Below, piece by piece: positions 1-7,271 of a DNA stretch of 32,000 nucleotides; the stretch's first letter is position 1, and the number at the start of each line of letters is the position of its first letter. The notes below the pieces were generated by a model. That model searched no databases. It was not told where the DNA came from and saw nothing but the letters and a program-made list of their open reading frames with translations. The translations under genes and the position numbers were made by a program. Source of the DNA: an uncultured Bacilli bacterium (GTDB taxonomy: Bacteria > Bacillota_I > Bacilli_A > RF39 > UBA660); the NCBI GenBank assembly GCA_947629205.1, contig CANRCV010000005.1, positions 24,193 to 56,192 on the forward strand, in the 5' to 3' direction.

Positions 1-228
1 ATGTGTAATAATCAAAATAACAACACAGAAAATACAAGTTGCATTGCTGAAATACTAAATGTTATTTTAGTTCTTCAACAAAATGCTTGTCCAGATAGTT
101 GTTTAGATTCTTGCGACAGACCAATGCTTGGTGGTGGACCAAATTGTCTTATTTGCAATACTAGACCAATAATGCTATATACTTGCTGTGGTAATGGAAC
201 TCCATGCCTTTGTACAGGAACAAGGTAA
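1..228 (+). CDS. CotZ/CotY/ExsY-family spore coat/exosporium protein, N-terminal half (gene interrupted by insertion)
   Basis: The product is Cys-rich and has the family N-terminal layout (SCIAEILNVILVLQ ... CPDSCLDSC ... NTRPIMLY). The ORF stops one codon after the AAGGT core at 222..226. Its C-terminal half is found at 7272..7505. Confidence 0.8.
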   Translation: MCNNQNNNTENTSCIAEILNVILVLQQNACPDSCLDSCDRPMLGGGPNCLICNTRPIMLYTCCGNGTPCLCTGTR

Positions 229-367
229 AATTATAGTTTTTTTAAAATTGCACTTTAACACAATTTAAGTTTTTAATAATAGATAGAATAAAAAGTATAG
301 TGTGAATAATAGCCATAGCTTAAAAAGGGCTATTTTATATTTTATAGAAAGGAATAAGTGTAATTTT

Positions 368-937
368 ATGGAACAAAGAAATTGTATAAAAAAATTAAAA
401 ACATATAATAAGAGAGTATCTTATGGTAAACTATTAGAAAAAAGGATTATATATTTGAATGGTAAGATTGATGATATACTAGCAGGAGATATAATATATC
501 TGCTTTTTAAATTTGATATGGAAAATCATAAAGACATAACAATGTTTATTAATTCTATAGGAGGTTCAGTAAGTAGTGGACTTGCTATATATGATGCTAT
601 GAATTTAATAAAAAGTAATATTGTAACAATCGGTATTGGAAGGTGTACTAGTATGGCGAGTATTTTATTAATTAATGGTACAAAGGGAAAAAGGTGTTTA
701 ATGCCAAATGCAGAGGTTATGATACATGAAATATCTTATCATACTGGTGGGACAATTACTGATATATATGAGTCTTTAGAGCATTCTAAAAAAGTAAATG
801 AAAGGCTTCTTCATATTATAGCCAATAAAACGAAAAAAAGTTTAGGACAAATAAGAAGAGAAATTGAAGGTAAAGATGTATGGATAAATGCAGATATGGC
901 CTTAAAATACGGCTTTGTTGATAAAGTGTTAAGATAA
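368..937 (+). CDS. ClpP-family serine protease paralog
   Basis: The product shows the ClpP pattern RIIYLNGKIDD ... INSIGGSV ... GRCTSMAS (Ser) ... MIHE (His) ... GKDVWINADMALKYGFVD (Asp). The start is uncertain: a GTG at 302 is possible, but the ATG at 368 gives a typical ClpP N-terminal length. Confidence 0.85.
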   Translation: MEQRNCIKKLKTYNKRVSYGKLLEKRIIYLNGKIDDILAGDIIYLLFKFDMENHKDITMFINSIGGSVSSGLAIYDAMNLIKSNIVTIGIGRCTSMASILLINGTKGKRCLMPNAEVMIHEISYHTGGTITDIYESLEHSKKVNERLLHIIANKTKKSLGQIRREIEGKDVWINADMALKYGFVDKVLR

Positions 938-956
938 TACAAGGGAGTGGTAGTAC

Positions 957-1274
957 ATGAAAAATGAAATAAACGATATTATAAAAATGATTGACAAACA
1001 CTTTAAAAAAGTAGTATGGAATTCTGAACCACCAGTTCATGAAACTGATATGAATTTACTAGTATTAGCAACTAAAATAATTGCTATGCGTGATACTATA
1101 GAAACTATTGATATAAAAAAATCAGTAGATAAATTACTTGCAGACATGCAAAAAACATTTCATATGCCTTATTATAGTAATGAAATTCAACAATGGTTAG
1201 ATAAAGACATAATGAGACATTCTTTAATATTAAAAATATATGAGAAGATAGGAGCCCTTCGTTATTACTATTAA
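957..1274 (+). CDS. hypothetical protein, likely co-transcribed with the ClpP paralog
   Basis: A GGGAGTGG ribosome-binding site lies 7 nt upstream of the ATG, and the gap from the clpP-like stop is 19 nt. I recognise no motif in the product. Confidence 0.6.
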   Translation: MKNEINDIIKMIDKHFKKVVWNSEPPVHETDMNLLVLATKIIAMRDTIETIDIKKSVDKLLADMQKTFHMPYYSNEIQQWLDKDIMRHSLILKIYEKIGALRYYY

Positions 1275-1307
1275 AAATTAATTTCTAGGCGAATTTCTTT
1301 CATTTAG

Positions 1308-1329
1308 TATAATTGGGTTATAATTGGGT
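1308..1329. repeat. perfect tandem duplication of TATAATTGGGT (2 x 11 bp)
   Basis: The copies were read directly at 1308..1318 and 1319..1329, in the intergenic region upstream of the XRE gene. Each copy contains a TATAAT hexamer. Confidence 0.6.
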
Positions 1330-1438
1330 TAAAATGTCTGAAAACGTATAAAAATACATAAATTAAGCAAACTTATAGGCGACATACAAATTTCAATTTA
1401 TTTGTCATAATAATCACAAGGAATGTGGTGAGGCTATT

Positions 1439-1675
1439 TTGAATATTTATGATAAGAATACGTTATCTCATTTAGTAAGAAAGAATATTCGTAAGTATCG
1501 TAAAATGAGAGGATATACTATGCAAGAATTAGCAGACAAAACAGGTCTTACACACCAATATATTAGAGATTTAGAATGTTTAAATGTAGATAAAACACCA
1601 ACACTTGAAAGTTTGGGAAAATTTGCAAATGCTTTAGAAATAGACATAAGACAATTATTTGATGATATAGATTAA
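1439..1675 (+). CDS. XRE-family helix-turn-helix transcriptional regulator
   Basis: The product has an HTH_3 pattern (IRKYRKMRGYTMQELADKTGLTHQYIRDLE). The start is TTG, 6 nt after a GGTGAGG ribosome-binding site. Confidence 0.85.
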   Translation: MNIYDKNTLSHLVRKNIRKYRKMRGYTMQELADKTGLTHQYIRDLECLNVDKTPTLESLGKFANALEIDIRQLFDDID

Positions 1676-1679
1676 AATG

Positions 1680-2462
1680 TTATTCAGTAATTGTTAAACT
1701 ATCTAAATAGATATTTTCGTTAGACATTGTAAAAGTAAGCAAATAAGTATTAAATAAATCTTGATTTTTGGTTGCAATTTTATCAAAATCACACTCTAAA
1801 AAATCATAGTAATCATAGGAGCAAAATTCATTTTTTGATAACTTTGTTATGATTGGATTAGTTTGATTTTGAGCATCTTCGATAGTTTTATATAATTCTT
1901 TAGGTTCTTCCCCTGTATCTAAATATGCAGTATACATTCTAGTAAAATAGACTAATACTTTATCTTCTTTTTTTGTGGCTTTGATTACGGTATTATAACT
2001 ATTAAGGTCGCCTACACCATGACCATAAGGAGATTGAACAAAAGATTCGGTTTTAGCATTGTAAGAGTATAGTATATCGTTATCGTAAGGTGAATATAAA
2101 TTTTCCATATCAATAGTAGCATTTTCACCAAAATATTTTTGAGTAATCATTAATAGATTTTCTTTTGTTAATGACAATTTTGAACCATCTCCCATATACT
2201 CATTATTAGATATAATATTGAATATAATTTGTAATTTTTGTTGATTATCTAGGTCATTGAATGAGAAATTTTCTAAACTATATGGAATACTACTCAATAA
2301 TAAATTGATTTTATTTGTTTCGTTATCGCTTAATGTATATTCTTCTTCCACTATTTCGTGAGTTTCATTAGTAGTATCAACGTTATTGTTAGACATTTCT
2401 TTAGTATTACAGCCAGTTAAACAAATAATACAGATAAATAAACTTATAAATTTTTTTAACAT
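1680..2462 (-). CDS. lipoprotein, function unknown
   Basis: The signal peptide has a lipobox (MLKKFISLFICIICLTGC). A GGTGA ribosome-binding site precedes the ATG at 2462. The ORF track starts 4 codons earlier. Confidence 0.75.
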   Translation of the reverse strand: MLKKFISLFICIICLTGCNTKEMSNNNVDTTNETHEIVEEEYTLSDNETNKINLLLSSIPYSLENFSFNDLDNQQKLQIIFNIISNNEYMGDGSKLSLTKENLLMITQKYFGENATIDMENLYSPYDNDILYSYNAKTESFVQSPYGHGVGDLNSYNTVIKATKKEDKVLVYFTRMYTAYLDTGEEPKELYKTIEDAQNQTNPIITKLSKNEFCSYDYYDFLECDFDKIATKNQDLFNTYLLTFTMSNENIYLDSLTITE

Positions 2463-2556
2463 AATTATCACCATTTCCTATTACAATTATTGCATAATTA
2501 TTTTTTAGGAGCAAGGGGAATGATAGTTTAATATGTAAAAAAATGTCGCCTGGCGG

Positions 2557-2585
2557 TTGAAATGCAAAATGGTTTATGCTAAAAT
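2557..2585 (+). promoter_or_regulatory. sigma-A-type promoter candidate for the membrane-protein genes
   Basis: TTGAAA (2557..2562), a 17-nt spacer, then TAAAAT (2580..2585). Confidence 0.4.
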
Positions 2586-2613
2586 CTTTATAAGAAGGAA
2601 GTGAGAAAATAAT

Positions 2614-2967
2614 ATGGCGTTAATTAAATGTAGCGAATGTGGAAACGAGATAAGTGATGAGGCGGCAATATGCCCTCAGTGTGGACATGATTTGTATTCT
2701 AATCAAAAAGTGAATGATGATGAAAGTAAAAAAGGTACGTATGGTTTAGTGGGAATGATATTAGGATTGTGTTCGATTATAGCATGGATTATTCCTCTTT
2801 TTGGATATCCATGTACGATTGTTGGAATTGTATTTAGTGCAAAAGGTTTAGAATCAAAAAATAAAAATAAAGCAATAACAGGATTAGTTTTATGTATTAT
2901 ATTTTTAATATTTACTTTAATTAATTCTATAGTTGGTGCTGCAATAAGCACTGAAGGTTATTATTAA
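2614..2967 (+). CDS. zinc-ribbon protein with DUF4190-like transmembrane region
   Basis: The N-terminus has a CxxC...CxxC ribbon (CSECGNEISDEAAICPQCG), followed by two hydrophobic helices of the DUF4190 type. Confidence 0.75.
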   Translation: MALIKCSECGNEISDEAAICPQCGHDLYSNQKVNDDESKKGTYGLVGMILGLCSIIAWIIPLFGYPCTIVGIVFSAKGLESKNKNKAITGLVLCIIFLIFTLINSIVGAAISTEGYY

Positions 2968-2985
2968 CAAAAGGAGTGAAAAAAT

Positions 2986-3246
2986 ATGAAAGAAAATAAT
3001 AAAGGATTAGCAATCGCGGGACTTGTAATTAGTATCGTTAGTATATTTATATTTCCAATACTTGGTATTTTGTCAATTATTTTTGGAGCGATTGTAATTA
3101 ATACTAATGAAAATAAAGAACCATGGTTTAAACCAGTTTGGAAATATAAAAATAAGACTTTAGGATATGGTAGATATTCTTTATTAGTTGGAATTATTGA
3201 TATTGTATGGGTTGTAATCAATTATTTTATTTTAATGGCAATGTAA
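2986..3246 (+). CDS. small DUF4190-like membrane protein
   Basis: A GGAGTGA ribosome-binding site is present. The hydrophobic core GLAIAGLVISIVSIFIFPILGILSIIFGAIV is typical of the family. Confidence 0.7.
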   Translation: MKENNKGLAIAGLVISIVSIFIFPILGILSIIFGAIVINTNENKEPWFKPVWKYKNKTLGYGRYSLLVGIIDIVWVVINYFILMAM

Positions 3247-3324
3247 TTTTTAGTTTATCTAAATATTAGTTTATTAAATATTTGAAAATATAACAAATAA
3301 AAGGATTTTTAGAGGAAAAAATTT

Positions 3325-3771
3325 ATGAAAAAAGGAATAATTGCATTAGTTATAGTTTTATCTATAATTACTATTGGAATAGTGGTATTTTATAAATCCC
3401 AAAATAGTTATCTTGGTTCTTATGTTTCAGAAAATGGTTCTATAATAGTTTTAAAAGAAAATGGAAAATGTGAGATTACAGTTGTAAATACAGTAGTATA
3501 TACCAATAGTAATACTTGTACTACTGGGAAATGTTCTCAACTTGTAGGTGGTTCAAATTATCACCCTGGTCTTCCAAGTAATTATGTTTCTAAACGTAAT
3601 GAAACTAGTAAAGCAACTAGTTGTACTTATGAGTTTTATAAAGATTATATATTACTTACTCATAATATTGATTATGTTCAAACCAATAAATATAACTTTT
3701 CCGAACATTATAAATATCTAACATGGGAAGGGCAAGGAAAATTATATAAAAAAGACAATACTAAAAAATAG
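3325..3771 (+). CDS. membrane-anchored or secreted hypothetical protein
   Basis: An N-terminal TM/signal segment (MKKGIIALVIVLSIITIGIVVF) is present, and a GAGGAAAA ribosome-binding site lies upstream. Confidence 0.65.
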   Translation: MKKGIIALVIVLSIITIGIVVFYKSQNSYLGSYVSENGSIIVLKENGKCEITVVNTVVYTNSNTCTTGKCSQLVGGSNYHPGLPSNYVSKRNETSKATSCTYEFYKDYILLTHNIDYVQTNKYNFSEHYKYLTWEGQGKLYKKDNTKK

Positions 3772-3807
3772 TATAATTATTTGAGATACCATTATATTTA
3801 ACGTTAA

Positions 3808-3844
3808 AAAGATATAAAAATAAAGATTTTATATCTTTTTTTTT
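3808..3844 (+). terminator. intrinsic terminator
   Basis: A perfect 12-bp stem (aaagatataaaa / ttttatatcttt) with a 7-nt loop is followed by a T-run. Confidence 0.7.
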
Positions 3845-4187
3845 ACAAAAAATTATGTATTGCTAAAAGTTAGCCATAGTAAAACCATATAATGTAATAG
3901 AGAGCTTAAAAGAAAAATTAAAAATGTTTTAAATATTTAATGAAATAAGCTTTAATGATGATTAAAAAATGTAAAAAAAGTGTCAAAAAATGTCGATTTT
4001 TCAAAAAAAATAAACATTTTGTAATTAGAAAATATAAAAGTACGCTTTTCGAACCATATAGTTATAATAGGACAAGGATGAAATTGTCTTTAACTATTCA
4101 TAAAAGCAAAAATATCTTTTGTGAATATATAGGAGGTGATATACATGTAATCGTGAAGATACCCAAGGATAACAAGGAATAACTCAA

Positions 4188-5090
4188 TAAGCTAAGACTA
4201 CTCATTTGTAATCATAGTGAGGTGGAATGCGTCCTTGCGATGTCCTATACCCCAGCAACTTAGATGACAAAAATAGAAATAAGGTACATTTGATTTTGGT
4301 ACTACTTGCATAAGCGAAACGCAGACAACACAGATGCCAAGACTTAATACTGTTTACCAGTAGTGGAACCCGAAGCTTCAGAGGACTGCACTTGTGAAGC
4401 ACCTAGTAGGAGCCCTGTTAGTAGAAAACTAATAATACTTACTAGAGTACCAAGTAGTGGGCGGAAACACCAGCTCCCAGATACCGTGTCGTGGCGTTGA
4501 CGGTGGAGAGTGCAGGGATAAAGAACCATAGACGACAAAAAATATTACTATAATGAAGACTTATTAAAATTCTTATTAGACTATTTCCATTTATTCCGCT
4601 ATTTCCATTTATTAGTAGACTTCCATTTCTATTTTGAGGAAGATTTAAAATTTGAAGAGGAGATAGCAAAAAAGGAAGAGGAGATAGCACAAATTAATTT
4701 TATTAAGCTAATAGAATGTTAAAACTATTAGCACCAGTTGTGGGGGGATAAAGTAATAGCACCCCTACTAGGGTACAGTTTAACTTTAGATTATTTATTT
4801 ACATAGCAACTCAAAGCGATTTATCGGATTGTAGCACACATTATTTAATTTATAAGCTAATAGCATGCTAAAACTATTAGCACCGGCAGTAATATAATCT
4901 TATAGTCATTCTTGACTTGAGATACTGAGGTACAGTTGAGCAATAGTAATTATCTTTATAAGTTGATAGAATGCTAAAACTATCAACACCAGCAGTAGTA
5001 AAGTCAAGCAAACATAACTGTCTTGACATACTGGGGTACAGTTCAGCTAAAGTTTATTAAACAGGAGAGTGGATACTCCTAAGAATAAAC
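4188..5090 (+). ncRNA. large structured RNA candidate, class unassigned (GOLLD/ROOL-like in size and context)
   Basis: The block has no credible ORF and is much richer in G+C than its flanks (4190..4545). It contains many local helices. A long helix with U-G pairs works only on the + strand. Three tandem modules show stem covariation. A hairpin (gtttatt/aataaac) closes the block at 5052..5090. Confidence 0.5.
4704..5043 (+). repeat. three tandem structured modules (4704..4780, 4853..4937, 4959..5043)
   Basis: Each module starts TAAGYT. It then has an 8-bp hairpin with the conserved loop AATGYTAAAA or CATGCTAAAA, followed by CACC(A/G)G, a variable long hairpin (CAGTA...TACTG) and a terminal GGTACAGTT. 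Confidence 0.7.
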
Positions 5091-5513
5091 ATATCCAAAC
5101 AATTTGATTCATTAATTATATTGAATCACTAACTATAGTTGCTAAATCTTATGATAATTTGATTAAGAATATTCTAAATTTATTTCCATGGAATAGATTA
5201 TTCTTATATCATAAAGTGACTATTAAATTATTTAACTTTAAACAATAAAAAATTTACTAACAGTACAACAGGATACTCTAGTAAAATTAAATTGTTTGAT
5301 AGTTTATATTATGATAGACATAGACCAGTTGTGTAGAAATGTATACAGCTATGCAACTGGTAGTATCTATCATTAATTTTATTAAATGTACAAAATATAA
5401 ATTTGAATCTAAAAAGCAAAAATAAATTATAAATCCGCAAAAAATAAAAAATAAAAATCATAAAAGTGATTTTTGCTTTACACATTCAATAAAATTAAAT
5501 AGGAGATGAGGAT

Positions 5514-5630
5514 ATGTTAATAAAAAATTACTACTGTGTGAACGGTAAAACGTTCCAAGAGATTATGGAAGAATTCTTTATTCAATACTGTAATAGAAAA
5601 ATAAATACGGATATTGTGAAATATGCTTAA
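5514..5630 (+). CDS. small ORF (38 aa) immediately upstream of the recombinase gene
   Basis: An AGGAGATGAGG ribosome-binding site precedes the ATG. The product is MLIKNYYCVNGKTFQEIMEEFFIQYCNRKINTDIVKYA. I recognise no family. Confidence 0.35.
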   Translation: MLIKNYYCVNGKTFQEIMEEFFIQYCNRKINTDIVKYA

Positions 5631-5680
5631 AAACGTTATAATAGTAATTGTTAAAGTGCAATTATCTATGAGGAGGTATA

Positions 5681-7234
5681 ATGAGAGATAATAGCATATT
5701 TAATGTAGGTCTGTACTTGCGTTTATCTAGGGAAGATGAAAATACAATTGAAAGTGAAAGTATTAGCCATCAAAGACTTTTATTAGAAGATTATGTCAAA
5801 GTCAATCGTTTTAATCTAGTTGATGAATATGTTGATGATGGATATACTGGAACAAATTTCACTAGACCAGATTTTAATCGTTTAATTAGAGATATCGAGG
5901 CTGGTAAAATTAATTGTGTAATTACTAAAGATATGTCTAGATTAGGTAGAGATTATATCTCTACAGGTTGGTATTTAGAAAAATACTTTCCTGAGCATAA
6001 TGTCCGCTTTATATCAATAAATGATAACATTGATACTATTACTGGACAATTAGATGATGTAGCACCTTTTAAAGCCGTAATCAATGATTATTATGCTAAA
6101 GATATATCAAATAAAGTTAGAACATCTATTACCGCTATGAAAAAACGAGGAAAATTTCTTGGAGGTATTCCACCATATGGTTATAAGTTTGCAAGTGAAA
6201 AAAATCACCAACAATTAGTTATTGATGAGGTAGTTGCTCCAGTAGTTCGTAGAATGTTTCAAATGTATGCTAATGGAAAAAGCCTTTATGAAATAGCAGA
6301 TACTTTTAATCAAGAAAAAATTCCCATTCCAAGCATCTATAAAAACATAAAACGTAAAAAATCAGAGGCTTATGGTTTATGGCAAACAAGAACTATTGAT
6401 GAAATTCTAAAAAATCCTACATATATAGGTAATTTAACCCAAGGTAGAAGAAGAAAAGTTAACTATAAAAGTAAAAAAATTGTTAGACTACCTAAAGAAG
6501 AATGGATTGTTGTAGAAAATACTCATAAACCAATTATTGACAAAGAAACTTTTGATAAAGTTCAAAGCATTTATGAAAAGAATAAAAATAGAAAATGTAC
6601 TAAAAACAATGTTCTATTTGGAGGCTTTTTATATTGTAAAGAATGTGGACATAAAATCGGTATAAATAAGACACATGAAAAATATTACTGTTGTTGTAAT
6701 TACTACAAAAGATTTTCAAAACAAGGTTTATGTACACCTCATTCTATTCCTTATGATTTATTAGAAAAGGAGTTATTAACAGAAATTCGTAAAGAATGTA
6801 AGAAAAGTGTTCGAGAAGAAAAGTTTCCAGAACTATTAAAAAACAATAACAAGAAAAAACAAGCCATTGATAATATTACCAAATTAATTGCTAAAAAGAA
6901 CTTAGAGATAGAGCAAAATAATAAAGCAGTGGATGATTTATATATTGCTAAATTAAAACAAGAATTAGATAACGACAGGTATAAAAGTATTTATAACAGG
7001 TTAAATGAAGAATTAAATAAATTAAAAAATGAACTACACATTTTAAAAAACGATTACAACAAGTTAGCAAATGAAGAAAACGAAAGTAATCAAATAGCCG
7101 ATATGACAATGATTAAAGAGTTCTTAGAATTAAAAGAACCATCTAGAGAATTAATGGCTAATTTAATAGACAAAATTGTAATTGATGAAGATAAACATAT
7201 TAGTATTTATTACAAAATTAGAAGGTATAGTTAA
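5681..7234 (+). CDS. large serine recombinase (SpoIVCA/TndX-like)
   Basis: The product has a resolvase catalytic domain (GLYLRLSREDE ... DDGYTGTNFTRPDFNRLI ... VITKDMSRLGRD), a recombinase domain, a Cys-rich zinc ribbon (CKECGHKIG...CCCNYY...C) and a long coiled-coil C-terminus. A GAGGAGG ribosome-binding site is present. Confidence 0.95.
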   Translation: MRDNSIFNVGLYLRLSREDENTIESESISHQRLLLEDYVKVNRFNLVDEYVDDGYTGTNFTRPDFNRLIRDIEAGKINCVITKDMSRLGRDYISTGWYLEKYFPEHNVRFISINDNIDTITGQLDDVAPFKAVINDYYAKDISNKVRTSITAMKKRGKFLGGIPPYGYKFASEKNHQQLVIDEVVAPVVRRMFQMYANGKSLYEIADTFNQEKIPIPSIYKNIKRKKSEAYGLWQTRTIDEILKNPTYIGNLTQGRRRKVNYKSKKIVRLPKEEWIVVENTHKPIIDKETFDKVQSIYEKNKNRKCTKNNVLFGGFLYCKECGHKIGINKTHEKYYCCCNYYKRFSKQGLCTPHSIPYDLLEKELLTEIRKECKKSVREEKFPELLKNNNKKKQAIDNITKLIAKKNLEIEQNNKAVDDLYIAKLKQELDNDRYKSIYNRLNEELNKLKNELHILKNDYNKLANEENESNQIADMTMIKEFLELKEPSRELMANLIDKIVIDEDKHISIYYKIRRYS

Positions 7235-7271
7235 GTTAAATGTTTATCTTGTTTAGTAACAAAGGTGGAGT

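Larger units (their letters stand above)
222..7266 (+). mobile_element. 7,040-bp intervening element carrying a large serine recombinase, inserted in the cotZ-like gene (skin-like)
   Basis: Identical AAGGT cores lie at 222..226 and 7262..7266. Deleting the sequence between them gives the in-frame junction gga aca agg tgg agt atg. The recombinase gene ends at 7234, 28 bp from the right core. The cargo is accessory-type. Confidence 0.8.

Noticed and set aside
200-300. Dyad symmetry around the recombination cores that would define attB/attP arms
   Set aside because: There are only loose similarities: CTTTGTA left of the left core versus TACAAAAG right of the right core, and TTAAATGT versus ACAATTTAA in the element ends. 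Their spacing around the cores is asymmetric. This is not strong enough to call.
816-1040. Antisense ORFs at 816..1040, 2703..2951, 2964..3221, 8413..8733, 12045..12263, 15920..16105, 22215..22403, 23539..24001, 28825..29013, 29412..29612, 30608..30814 and 31364..31663, plus the out-of-frame same-strand ORF at 26466..26684
   Set aside because: Each lies wholly inside or against a longer ORF with recognisable protein motifs. None has its own ribosome-binding site.
3955-4182. 75-aa plus-strand ORF
   Set aside because: It has no ribosome-binding site and its product is Lys/Phe-rich and driven by the A/T runs. It lies in the terminator-to-RNA spacer and is probably noncoding.
4202-4690. Three overlapping minus-strand ORFs (66, 64 and 82 aa) covering the G+C-rich block
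   Set aside because: They have no ribosome-binding sites and overlap each other in different frames. Their composition is Ser/Leu/Gly-rich and unlike the host proteins. The region is better explained as structured RNA.
4704-5043. Possible CRISPR array or type III antitoxin repeat array
   Set aside because: The units are 77-85 nt, non-identical and irregularly spaced (149 and 106 nt between starts). There is no short identical repeat with unique spacers. No cas gene or toxin endoribonuclease gene follows.
4188-5090. Known housekeeping RNAs (RNase P RNA, tmRNA, SRP RNA, 6S RNA) or a group I/II intron
   Set aside because: I could not find the hallmark motifs: RNase P conserved regions, a tmRNA tag ORF with a tRNA-like end, the SRP GGAA/AGCA domain IV, or group II GUGYG and domain V. 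The location inside a mobile element also argues against a housekeeping RNA. A covariance-model scan is still needed.
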